From sequence record PV764601.1: DNA of 64,000 nucleotides. The stretch is one strand, 5' to 3'. Positions within the stretch are counted from its first letter, which is position 1, and the number at the start of each line of letters is the position of its first letter. The position numbers were made by a program, and so were the translations under genes. The notes under the pieces are model-generated. The model searched no databases. It was not told the DNA's origin and was given only the letters and a program-made list of their open reading frames with translations. This document shows positions 54,573 to 63,219 of the stretch, piece by piece.

Positions 54573-56206
54573 ATTACGGACTGCGCGAGTTTCGCACTGA
54601 TCGGGTGTTCGGCGAGCAGCATGTTGTCGCACCCACCGCTGACGTTGTGAAGCTCATCCCGAAGGCAAAGTTTGAGCAGTATCTGCATCGGGTCAAAGCA
54701 CTTGATGGTGTGGGCATCTTTGGTGACTTGCTGCCCACCTACGATGAATACATTTCGGTACTGCTGGCAAACTTTGTGCATCAAAGCGTGCTGGTGGTTA
54801 CGAATGTGTATGACCTGAACACCGGGCAGATGGTAGGCCACACGATCCTGCACGATCTGTGGAACACCCGCGATCCTCTCAAGCAGGCCAAGTTTGACCT
54901 GTTCGGTGCGAGCTACTTTGAAGTCAGCGTCCCACCGGCGCTGCCAGAGTTTCTGGATGACGTGTTTGAGCAGCTGCCGCCGTGCATGATCGTCAACTAC
55001 TTCCCGATCTACCCGCGTGAGTATGGTTATCAGGATGACAAATCCTATGGACTCTACATCCCCGAGTCGATGGAAAGCTACGTTGCCTCCCTGTCGAAGA
55101 AGAATCGGGAGAACTATCGTGCGGTGATGCGACTGAACGAAGGCATTCGGGTGGAGCAGGTTAGCCTGCGCGACGTGATGAAGTCTGCTGACTTCCACAA
55201 GAACTACACCGCCAACCTTGAGCGGTGGACCTACACCTCGGATGATAACGTCACCAACATCATCCACATCAACAACATGCTGCATAACCTTGAGGACCGT
55301 AATGCACTGGTCCTCAATATCTATGACGCAGACAACCGCCTCATCTGCACCAACATCGGTGAAGTGCGTGGCGCTGTGTACGTGGACAAGCTGGCTGTGC
55401 CGGGTGTAAGCTACGAAGAGTACAAGAAGCGGCGCATCGGCTTCCTCGCCATCTACGAGGCGATCCGATTCATCGTGGAAGAACTGCCGTTCGACGTGAA
55501 GTATTACCACCTCGACACCGAGGGTACGTACAAGGAAAAGTTCATCCCGGTAGGCTTTGAACTGCCCATCGTTCCCCTCGACTACGCCGTGGTGGACTCG
55601 GACTTCTGCGCAGGCAACTACTGCGCTGAGTACGGCTTTGAACCTCCGGTATACATCCGTGGTAAGGGATGGGAGTTGAAGAAGCTGGACAGCAAGTGGA
55701 ACGATCAGATCGACGTGTCGGAGATCAAGCTGGCTGAATTCCTCAAGCTGACTTCTGAACTGTTCGGGGAAGATGACCTCAACACCTTCGACCTTGAGAC
55801 GATCAATCAGCTGTCGCATATCCTGATGACGGCGCGTGAGGGCGGAAGTGTTCGGATTCTTGTCGCAAGGTGGCGTTATCGGAACCCCATCGGCTACATT
55901 GTTTTCAACCAATTTAATCCGAACGCCTATATCGACCTTGTGTACGTCACTGAGCAGATGCGTGGCCACGGTGTCGGTAGGCAGATGATGCAAAAGGCGT
56001 TCGCGCTGCTGTCGAATGAATTTGACGGCGTTGCCCTGCACACTTCGGTTACCAACGACCCTGCCAAGCGCCTGTATCGTGCCCTCGGGTTTGAGCAGAG
56101 CCTGCCTGTCGTAGGCTACTACGATGACAAGACAGATTCGTTTGGTAATGACCTTGATAGCACGGACGCATTCTACTACTACAAGAGGTTGAAGCATGAA
56201 GATTGA
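54569..56206 (+). CDS. Two-domain GNAT protein (FemABX/Acetyltransf_6-like plus C-terminal classical GNAT)
   Basis: SMESYVASLSKKNRENYR; C-terminal LVYVTEQMRGHGVGRQMM..NDPAKRLYRALGF. Confidence 0.8.
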   Translation: MNYGLREFRTDRVFGEQHVVAPTADVVKLIPKAKFEQYLHRVKALDGVGIFGDLLPTYDEYISVLLANFVHQSVLVVTNVYDLNTGQMVGHTILHDLWNTRDPLKQAKFDLFGASYFEVSVPPALPEFLDDVFEQLPPCMIVNYFPIYPREYGYQDDKSYGLYIPESMESYVASLSKKNRENYRAVMRLNEGIRVEQVSLRDVMKSADFHKNYTANLERWTYTSDDNVTNIIHINNMLHNLEDRNALVLNIYDADNRLICTNIGEVRGAVYVDKLAVPGVSYEEYKKRRIGFLAIYEAIRFIVEELPFDVKYYHLDTEGTYKEKFIPVGFELPIVPLDYAVVDSDFCAGNYCAEYGFEPPVYIRGKGWELKKLDSKWNDQIDVSEIKLAEFLKLTSELFGEDDLNTFDLETINQLSHILMTAREGGSVRILVARWRYRNPIGYIVFNQFNPNAYIDLVYVTEQMRGHGVGRQMMQKAFALLSNEFDGVALHTSVTNDPAKRLYRALGFEQSLPVVGYYDDKTDSFGNDLDSTDAFYYYKRLKHED

Positions 56207-57071
56207 GATTCATTCCCAAACTGAGAACGACGCATCCTCGCAACTGAGTCCGAATTCCAAGAGCCTGCCTGAACTGGTCAACGCGCTGTCCTATCTGGCA
56301 TCGCTGGACGGCAACTACACGCTGCAAGGTGTGCCGAGTTCGTGGGCTCCACTGCTGACCTACCTGCGCTTCGCTATCGGCAGCACCACGGTCGAACTGC
56401 AAGGCGATGAGATTGTTGGTCCTGCATGGCAGGCAGCAGACTACGGCCGCAACATGACCGAAGTTGTGTTGGAAGCCATGTGTGCCATCCGCCCTGAAAC
56501 CTCCATCGTGCTGCGTCTGCTGGATTCGGAAACGCCCATCCCGCAGTCGCGCAGGGGCTACGAGTTCGCCGAGCCCGAGCACGATTTCGTGTCTAACCCT
56601 GTGATGGCAGAGCGTCGTGCCAAGGTCATCGGTATCGAAGCTGCTAGGGAACTGTACGCTCCCACGCGACCGCACGTGCTGGTTGTTCCAAATAATCCTG
56701 AAATCATCGAGTTGACTCAGAACCTCCTGACCCAACTCGGTATTCGTGACAAGTGGTATCTGCTGATCCTCGACGGCGCTGCTGGTATCGTGCCGGAAGA
56801 CCTGAGTAATCTGCTACCGGACCAGCATTACTCTGTGTGGGATGACACCTATAAACAAATGTGGAACATCCGAGACTACTTCTCGCGTACCTTCCACACT
56901 GCGGTGGTGTCTTACGTCAAGGGCGCACAGGTTACGGCAGTGGAATACGGCGTCAGCTACAGCACGTTCAGAGGCTCCCTGTTCCATGCGCGTACTGACC
57001 GCGACCTGACTCACCCCGAAAGTATTCTCAAGCTGCGCCATGCACTGCTAAATAACACCGCAAAGGAATAA
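56196..57071 (+). CDS. Hypothetical protein, possible DUF5591/ArcS-like C-terminal domain
   Basis: VLVVP...LLILDGAAGIVPEDL..LLP.QHY resembles the DUF5591 G-V-V-P-x-E-L...P...H-Y pattern (by-eye match only). Confidence 0.45.
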   Translation: MKIEIHSQTENDASSQLSPNSKSLPELVNALSYLASLDGNYTLQGVPSSWAPLLTYLRFAIGSTTVELQGDEIVGPAWQAADYGRNMTEVVLEAMCAIRPETSIVLRLLDSETPIPQSRRGYEFAEPEHDFVSNPVMAERRAKVIGIEAARELYAPTRPHVLVVPNNPEIIELTQNLLTQLGIRDKWYLLILDGAAGIVPEDLSNLLPDQHYSVWDDTYKQMWNIRDYFSRTFHTAVVSYVKGAQVTAVEYGVSYSTFRGSLFHARTDRDLTHPESILKLRHALLNNTAKE

Positions 57072-57073
57072 CC

Positions 57074-58117
57074 ATGCACGTAATGACTGCCGAGCATTAC
57101 ATTGAACGTTTCGGATGTTCAAATTCGATCTACCCTGAGCTAGATAAGGACGTGCAAGCACAGTGGGTAAAGCTCCGCAGAAAGCTTGCACCTTCCTATG
57201 CGGACAAGCCGCTGTACGTGAGCACGGACGGCTCAATCGCTGTTGAGTCTTACCCGGACGGAACCCTGTACGCAGGGTTCACCAACATGGGGATGGCAAC
57301 CGGCTTCATGTTAGGTACGGTCGATCAAATCAAGAACACCTTGATCGACCTGTCTCAATCCATCCCAACCTTTGAGCAGGATAATGCAGTTGTCGCACCT
57401 CCTGCCCTTGACTGCCCACATAGATACGGCGAAGACTTCCCCCGGGAAATCTACTCGCTCAAGTCAGACGTGGTGTATCTCGGGTATCGTGATCGCGCCG
57501 GAGTCATGACGTGGGATGAATATCTCACGTCCCTGTCCACTAAGCGTAGGGCACAAGTACGGCAGAAGCTGCGCGTATCCGAGCACCTCACGTTTGAGGT
57601 CGAGCCCTTGTTCGACTATGAGATTCCAGTCATCGCCGAGTGGATGCAGGAACATTGGAGTGCGCAGACAGCGGAGACGTGCTCGACGTGGCATCCGCTG
57701 GTAGTGGAAGGTTCGCTGTTACCGCTGGCAATGTCGGTGGCTGCTGGTTCAGGGTGCGATACCATCAAGGTTTACGATGGCTTGCGCCTTGTGGCAGTCG
57801 GTACGTTCGTGAAGCGCGTCAATCGTCGCGTCTTCGTTGGCTTCTTCAAGGACTCGACCTACGATGCTCCGAATGGGTTGGGTACTGCGGTGCTGGCGCA
57901 TGCTGTGCAGTATTACCTACAGCGGCCGGAGACGGGGACCGCCATCATTGATACCACATTGGCTGCTGACTTTGTGGAAGGGCACACCTACAGTCAGTAC
58001 AAGCGTCCCGTGTGTAATGACACGATGACGTATGCAGGTATCGCAATCTGTTCGGCCACCCCCAAAGAGAAAATGTGGCCTCCCTACTACCAAGCAGGAG
58101 CATGGGTTTATGAGTAA
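57074..58117 (+). CDS. FemABX/Acetyltransf_6-like GNAT protein
   Basis: TWDEYLTSLSTKRRAQVRQKLR, GLGTAVLAHAV, YSQYKR. Confidence 0.7.
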   Translation: MHVMTAEHYIERFGCSNSIYPELDKDVQAQWVKLRRKLAPSYADKPLYVSTDGSIAVESYPDGTLYAGFTNMGMATGFMLGTVDQIKNTLIDLSQSIPTFEQDNAVVAPPALDCPHRYGEDFPREIYSLKSDVVYLGYRDRAGVMTWDEYLTSLSTKRRAQVRQKLRVSEHLTFEVEPLFDYEIPVIAEWMQEHWSAQTAETCSTWHPLVVEGSLLPLAMSVAAGSGCDTIKVYDGLRLVAVGTFVKRVNRRVFVGFFKDSTYDAPNGLGTAVLAHAVQYYLQRPETGTAIIDTTLAADFVEGHTYSQYKRPVCNDTMTYAGIAICSATPKEKMWPPYYQAGAWVYE

Positions 58118-58904
58118 CGTTCGCGCAGCCTTCGAGAAGTACCGTGTATACCGCGAGGTTCTGGCGCGCAATAAGGGCCTACCCTTCAAGCCGGTCGCTG
58201 CACCGAATGGCTTTACCGTTGAGGAGGTCCATACCGAGGACGCAGGGGCCATCCTTGTTCCTATGGGCGACACTGAGTTCCCTGCCTTCTACGATGAGGT
58301 TCTGAACTTGTCGGACAATCTGGCGCACACGATGCGTCCAGAGGTTCGTGTTATTGCAAGCCGTCCCAGCTTTGAGGCGCACCTGCAATCGCTGTCGCAG
58401 TTGAAGCGCAGCTGGAAGAACACGGCCCACCTCATGTTCCATCCCGCGCGTGGTGGAGAGTTTGACCAGTTCAAGGCTGGACTCATCCACATCATCGTCT
58501 CGAACCTGCAACACTTCAATCCGGGCATGACGTTTGAAGGTGCGACAGAAACGGCGGTGGCATACCTTGAGTACATCGCTGCATGGTCGCTGATTCCCAA
58601 CAGTGACGTGGTGCTGGTTTTCCGTCCTAGCGAGGATGGCAAGTTCACCCCATGCGGCATTGGCATGTTCCAAATGTGCCCAGAGAACGATGAGTATCAC
58701 TGGGTCAACACGTTGCTCCTGCGTGACCAATACGCCAAGGAGTACACCATCGGGAACGTAATGCTCCTGCAAGCCCTGCGCCTGTGCTACAAGGCGAACG
58801 TGCTGTATCTCAACCTCGGCCTCGCCGTCTTCGACTACAAGAAGACGTGGAAGCCCATTCCTTTTGAGCGCAAGGTTCCGGTCTTGCTCGACCCCACGGA
58901 GTAA
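58110..58904 (+). CDS. FemABX/Acetyltransf_6-like GNAT protein
   Basis: ATG 58110 after AGGAG; SFEAHLQSLSQLKR, IGNVMLLQAL..YLNLGLAVFDYKKTW. Confidence 0.75.
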   Translation: MSNVRAAFEKYRVYREVLARNKGLPFKPVAAPNGFTVEEVHTEDAGAILVPMGDTEFPAFYDEVLNLSDNLAHTMRPEVRVIASRPSFEAHLQSLSQLKRSWKNTAHLMFHPARGGEFDQFKAGLIHIIVSNLQHFNPGMTFEGATETAVAYLEYIAAWSLIPNSDVVLVFRPSEDGKFTPCGIGMFQMCPENDEYHWVNTLLLRDQYAKEYTIGNVMLLQALRLCYKANVLYLNLGLAVFDYKKTWKPIPFERKVPVLLDPTE

Positions 58905-58909
58905 CCCAC

Positions 58910-60433
58910 ATGTGTTCCATTTTCGGTGTCCATAACCTGCGTTGGTCTGACGCACAGCAGAAGCGCGTCGTCTTCAACGCACTGATGACGCTGGCTGTTG
59001 AAAGTTGCGAGCGTGGCCGTGATGCAATGGGCTACGCTGCCTTCATCACGTCGCTTGATGGCACCACGCATCGCGTGTTCCAGCGTCAGTCTTTCCGTTC
59101 GATTCGGGATACTCATCCTGACCTCAATGCACGTGCACTGGCTGTAATCAGTCAGGTGCAGATCATGATGCGCAACCTCGACGCCATGACTCCGAACGAG
59201 GTGAGAAGTTTCACCCTGATCGCAAACTGCCGAGCCGAGCCGACTACTGAATGGCTACAGGACCAGCGCGAGGATGACATTCAGCCCTACGCCAACTGGC
59301 CCTCTGAACGCTATTTCGCTGTGCATAACGGCGTCATCGCCAACGATGCGCAATTCATCCCGGAACATTCCCGCACCAAGGTGGATAGCGCTGCGATTCC
59401 CTACGCGATTGAGCGTGGTGAGTTTGAAAGCCTGATCGGTTCTGTTGCGTCAGCGGTCTACGACGTGGAGACTGATACGCTGTGGCTCGCCCGCAACTAT
59501 CGGCCCCTCTCCGCTGTGTGCCCTAGCTTTGGCTTCCATGAAAACGGCGCTGCGGTAGTATTCGCCAGTGAGCGGCAGGCCATTACGCGTGCACTGTTTC
59601 GTGACGGCATGTATACCGATTACCCAATCGCCGCCAACTCGACTTGGAAGTTCAACGGCCACATCGACCGGAACTCTTTCTTCGTAGGCAAGGCGGCAAC
59701 CACTCGCTTCGACAAGGACCCGAACGGCGGCAACCCTGAGAGCGCCATCGTGATCCTGTCCGGTGGTATGGACAGCACGGTTAGTGCAGAAATCGCATGC
59801 CGGGATCACACCAACATCGTGCTCGCTCACTTCCATTATGGTTGCCGGGCACAGACGCGCGAGACGGAGGCAGTGACGGCTATTCATGCTGCACTGGTTG
59901 AGCGTCATCCTCGGAAGACGATCACCCTCAAGTTCTTCGACCTCGACTTCCTCAAGCAGCTGGGTGGCAACCCGCTGGTGGACGACACGATGGAAGTGGC
60001 AACCGGCAAGGACGGCATCGAGTACGCGAATGAATGGGTGCCGTTCCGTAATGGCCTGATGGTCGCCATGATGGCAGCGTATGCTGATCGGTGGAGCTTC
60101 GGTGCAATCTACACCGGCGCCAATCTTGAAGAAGCAGGTGCTTTCGGGGACAATGAAAAGGAATTCTTCGACCTGATGGAGAAGGCAATCGCCATTGGCT
60201 CCAAGGCCGCTCCGAAGTTGGTCAACCCTCTGGACAAGCTGATGAAGCATGAGGTGGCACAGACGGGTCTGATGCTGGAAGCGCCAATTCACCTTAGCTG
60301 GAGTTGCTACCACGGCGGTGAGCTTCATTGCGGAAACTGTGGGCCATGCCAGCTGAGGCGAACCGCGTTTGCCATGATTGGTAAGGACGATCCTGTAAAG
60401 TATATGCAGGACGCGCCGCTAGTAGGACTGTGA
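58910..60433 (+). CDS. queC: Gat-QueC: class II glutamine amidotransferase fused to 7-cyano-7-deazaguanine synthase-like domain
   Basis: N-terminal MCSIFG, RGRD, NCRAEPT, VHNGVIAN, VDS; PP-loop SGGMDS, VPFRN, SWSCY..HCGNCGPCQLR Zn motif. Confidence 0.9.
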   Translation: MCSIFGVHNLRWSDAQQKRVVFNALMTLAVESCERGRDAMGYAAFITSLDGTTHRVFQRQSFRSIRDTHPDLNARALAVISQVQIMMRNLDAMTPNEVRSFTLIANCRAEPTTEWLQDQREDDIQPYANWPSERYFAVHNGVIANDAQFIPEHSRTKVDSAAIPYAIERGEFESLIGSVASAVYDVETDTLWLARNYRPLSAVCPSFGFHENGAAVVFASERQAITRALFRDGMYTDYPIAANSTWKFNGHIDRNSFFVGKAATTRFDKDPNGGNPESAIVILSGGMDSTVSAEIACRDHTNIVLAHFHYGCRAQTRETEAVTAIHAALVERHPRKTITLKFFDLDFLKQLGGNPLVDDTMEVATGKDGIEYANEWVPFRNGLMVAMMAAYADRWSFGAIYTGANLEEAGAFGDNEKEFFDLMEKAIAIGSKAAPKLVNPLDKLMKHEVAQTGLMLEAPIHLSWSCYHGGELHCGNCGPCQLRRTAFAMIGKDDPVKYMQDAPLVGL

Positions 60434-61038
60434 TGAAAGCACTGATTGTAATGGCCCACCCGGATGACAGTTTCATTTTCGGCCACAACATCCGGCAGGC
60501 CACGCCTCATATCGAGTGGCACGATCTATGTGCCACTTACGGTCATCGCACTGCACGCGGCAAGGAATTCCTTGCCGCCTGTAAGGTGTTGAAATCGAGG
60601 GGTATCCAGCTTGCGTTGGACGACGATTACCAAGGCACGCTGACCGAGGACACTGCGCTGCTGGTGGAGAACATCTATCAGCAGTTGCACAATGGGTACA
60701 ACTACCTCGTAACGCACAACCCGAACGGTGAGTATGGCCACCGCCATCATCGGGAACTACACAAGCACACCATGCTCGCGTGGTCGATGCTGCCAGTCAA
60801 GGAGCGCCCATCCGTGCTGGTGCCTGCATTCAACTACAAGGTGCCGGACTTCACGCTCTACAGCGAAACCAAAGCCAAGAGCAAGTGCCTGCAAATCTAC
60901 GAGCGCGAAATGTATATGATCGGCAACTTCGATCTGATTGCAGAGTCGTTCGTGTTGCATGAAAAGGGAGAGCGCGGACCGTCGCTTCATGTTGAGGTAA
61001 CTCGCAGCCTCCACCACCGAAAGTTCAAAGAGGATTGA
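60433..61038 (+). CDS. PIG-L/LmbE-family deacetylase
   Basis: AHPDD and THNPNGEYGHRHH motifs; TGATG coupling. Confidence 0.9.
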   Translation: MKALIVMAHPDDSFIFGHNIRQATPHIEWHDLCATYGHRTARGKEFLAACKVLKSRGIQLALDDDYQGTLTEDTALLVENIYQQLHNGYNYLVTHNPNGEYGHRHHRELHKHTMLAWSMLPVKERPSVLVPAFNYKVPDFTLYSETKAKSKCLQIYEREMYMIGNFDLIAESFVLHEKGERGPSLHVEVTRSLHHRKFKED

Positions 61039-61040
61039 AA

Positions 61041-62144
61041 GTGAAGAAGATCATTGTAGTTCGCAGTCCTGAGTCGGACTTCCGCCCTGAGAAGTGGATC
61101 ACTAACAAGGTGATCGCCGCCCTCCGCCAAACCGCAGCAGACAAGACTCGGACCCTCAACGGTCATGAGTTTGAAGTCGTTGAGGTGAACAGCGGCGAAG
61201 AATTCAACAGCATGTCGTCGCAGTCCATGTTCTATTCCGACGAGACGATGACCAAATCGTTCTGCAAGGGTGTGCTGGGTGTGCTGGATCACATCGCTGA
61301 TGGCGACGTGGTTTACTTTGCCGATGGTTGGTCGCCTGCCGTTCCGGTGCTCAAGTTCCACATGCACTGCGCAGGCATCAAGGCCCACCTGACCGGCTTC
61401 TTCCATAGCAGCGTTGAGACTCCGGGTGACTTCCTGTATTCGGCAGGCTCGTGGGTACGCAGCCTCGAAGAAACCCTGCTGGATTGTTTCACCGAAACCT
61501 ACGTAGCTACCGATTATGGAGTGGACCTACTAAACTCCACCAACGTCAACGTCATTGGCCTGCCGGTCATTAGCCCACAAGATACCAACCCTGCGCAGCT
61601 GCGCCGTTCGCTGACTGCGCGTGCTGAAGAGGCAAAGCCTGTCGTGGGCTGGAGCCATCGTTGGGCAGAGGATAAGCGCCCCGAAGACTTCATCGAACTG
61701 GCCCATCGTCTTGGCGACACCCGCACCTTCCGCGTTCTGCACCCGGTTCCCCTCGACACCGCACCGCTGTATCAGGAAGCGGTGGATGCAGGTATTGAGT
61801 TCGTCCTATGTGATACCAAGGACAAGTATTGGACCGAGGTGGCGAAACTGAGTTTCCTGTTTAGCTCTGCAACGCTGGAGACTTTCGGTTACAGCGTTAT
61901 TGATGCAGTGGTCCTAGGCGCGATTCCGGTAGTGCCCAACCGCGCGTGCTACCCATACATGTACCGCGACGAGCACCTGTACTACACGCTGGAAGATGCA
62001 GCCCAACTCCTGAGTAAGGATTGGGTACGCCACACTCTGTTCGACGTGTTGAGGGCCCCAGTGTTCGTGCAGGTCAACGCATTTGAGCACACGATTACCA
62101 CTCGCCTGACTAAGTTGCTCGACAACGACCGCTACCCGAACTAA
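61041..62144 (+). CDS. GT-B glycosyltransferase (GT4-like)
   Basis: HRWAEDKRP and ETFGYSVIDAV..GAIPVVP..YP donor-binding motifs; GTG start after GAGGA (alternative TTG 61035). Confidence 0.9.
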   Translation: MKKIIVVRSPESDFRPEKWITNKVIAALRQTAADKTRTLNGHEFEVVEVNSGEEFNSMSSQSMFYSDETMTKSFCKGVLGVLDHIADGDVVYFADGWSPAVPVLKFHMHCAGIKAHLTGFFHSSVETPGDFLYSAGSWVRSLEETLLDCFTETYVATDYGVDLLNSTNVNVIGLPVISPQDTNPAQLRRSLTARAEEAKPVVGWSHRWAEDKRPEDFIELAHRLGDTRTFRVLHPVPLDTAPLYQEAVDAGIEFVLCDTKDKYWTEVAKLSFLFSSATLETFGYSVIDAVVLGAIPVVPNRACYPYMYRDEHLYYTLEDAAQLLSKDWVRHTLFDVLRAPVFVQVNAFEHTITTRLTKLLDNDRYPN

Positions 62145-62147
62145 GCA

Positions 62148-62996
62148 ATGGCTCGCATTGGAATTGTAGGGGGCCTTGGCGTGGGTAAAGCTCACGCCAT
62201 CGCTGCCTTGAATCTCGGACATACGCTGTCCTTTGTCGTAGACGTGGACCCCAAGGCTAGTGAAGTCTACAGCAGATCGGTGCTGGTTAATCAATGGGGT
62301 TCGTTCTATGAAGAAGCTGTGCTGGAGCGTCAGGTTCCAGTATACAAAACACTGACTGGCGCAATGATGAGTACGTGGAATGCTCCGGACCTCATTATCA
62401 TCGCCACGCCAGATAGCACTCATGACCTGTTAGTGAGGCAAGCGGTACAATGCTTCCCTGAGTCTCGCGTGCTGTGTGAGAAGCCGTATAAGTCAGACGT
62501 GATTGATGATCGTGTGCTTGTTTCCGCCGAATGGATTTACCATTCCAAGCTGGCAGGCGTGCACGACCCCATCACGGCGCTGGCTATGTACCACAACAAC
62601 ATGCCTACCGATGGTTCTCCGTGGAACCACGTAATCAAGTACGACCTAGGCTTCCACCTGATGAGCATCATCGGATGGCAGCGTGGCTTCGACGTGGCTG
62701 CAAAGGTAGATCATGCTGCAACCACTCCAGTAAATTGGGGTGGTGAAGTTCAAGTGCTAGGGTTCGATGATGTGATCGAAGTAGCCGCAATGTACAATCC
62801 GAATGCAGCAGGCGTAACAGAGTTGATAGGTGCGCCCCTGATAGAGGATGCGGAAATAATCGTCCGTCATGGCGATACCACTACGTACTTGGATTGGGAA
62901 GCCCCGTTGTTTGAACGGCAGATTTCCTCAGTCCTACGTGGCGTGCACCCGGTCACTAGCAAGGTGGCTGTGGGCATCGACTTCAAACTAGGCTGA
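62148..62996 (+). CDS. Gfo/Idh/MocA-family NAD(P)-dependent oxidoreductase
   Basis: RIGIVGGLGVGKAH, IATPDSTH, VLCEKP. Confidence 0.85.
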   Translation: MARIGIVGGLGVGKAHAIAALNLGHTLSFVVDVDPKASEVYSRSVLVNQWGSFYEEAVLERQVPVYKTLTGAMMSTWNAPDLIIIATPDSTHDLLVRQAVQCFPESRVLCEKPYKSDVIDDRVLVSAEWIYHSKLAGVHDPITALAMYHNNMPTDGSPWNHVIKYDLGFHLMSIIGWQRGFDVAAKVDHAATTPVNWGGEVQVLGFDDVIEVAAMYNPNAAGVTELIGAPLIEDAEIIVRHGDTTTYLDWEAPLFERQISSVLRGVHPVTSKVAVGIDFKLG

Positions 62997-63000
62997 ATTT

Positions 63001-63035
63001 AGGGGCTGCCGGGAGCGATCTTGGTGGCCCCTTTT
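63001..63035 (+). terminator. Terminator closing the operon
   Basis: aggggctgcc...ggtggcccc followed by TTTT. Confidence 0.7.
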
Positions 63036-63050
63036 CGTTTCCCGAATGGG

Positions 63051-63214
63051 TCGATTTTTTCAAAGGGTGCTCGAACTGAACCTGAACGGCAGCTGAACGG
63101 GAATCAGGGGTGGCCGCACACCGAGAAGATTTGTGCTATACTGTAGTTGTGAGAAAGTCTGCCTGTCGTCTAGAGCAGGCCAAACACACTTTGAAAATAA
63201 CGCACTCATCGGAG
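63051..63214 (+). promoter_or_regulatory. Promoter-leader cassette copy 2 (extended -10 TGcTATACT at 63134-63142)
   Basis: Direct repeat of 28697-28859. Confidence 0.8.
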
Positions 63215-63219
63215 CTAGC

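Noticed and set aside
32259-56197. Long minus-strand ORFs in the right arm (32259-33797, 50545-51708, 54551-56197 and others)
   Set aside because: Antisense to well-supported plus-strand genes; protein sequences look like frame artefacts.
58910-62996. QatABCD or type IV CBASS anti-phage system
   Set aside because: QueC with an amidotransferase is present, but there is no P-loop ATPase QatA, TatD, CD-NTase or effector, and the context is a phage accessory arm.
28697-63214. Terminal repeats or attachment sites of an integrated element
   Set aside because: The copies have a diverged core around a promoter and end in RBSs; no integrase or transposase is nearby. A regulatory duplication fits better.
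28802-63219. N-terminal extensions in the ORF track (for example 28802, 63133, 43462, 58032, 25961)
   Set aside because: Downstream starts have clear RBSs; the shared QTHFENNALIG peptide is just the translated repeat leader.
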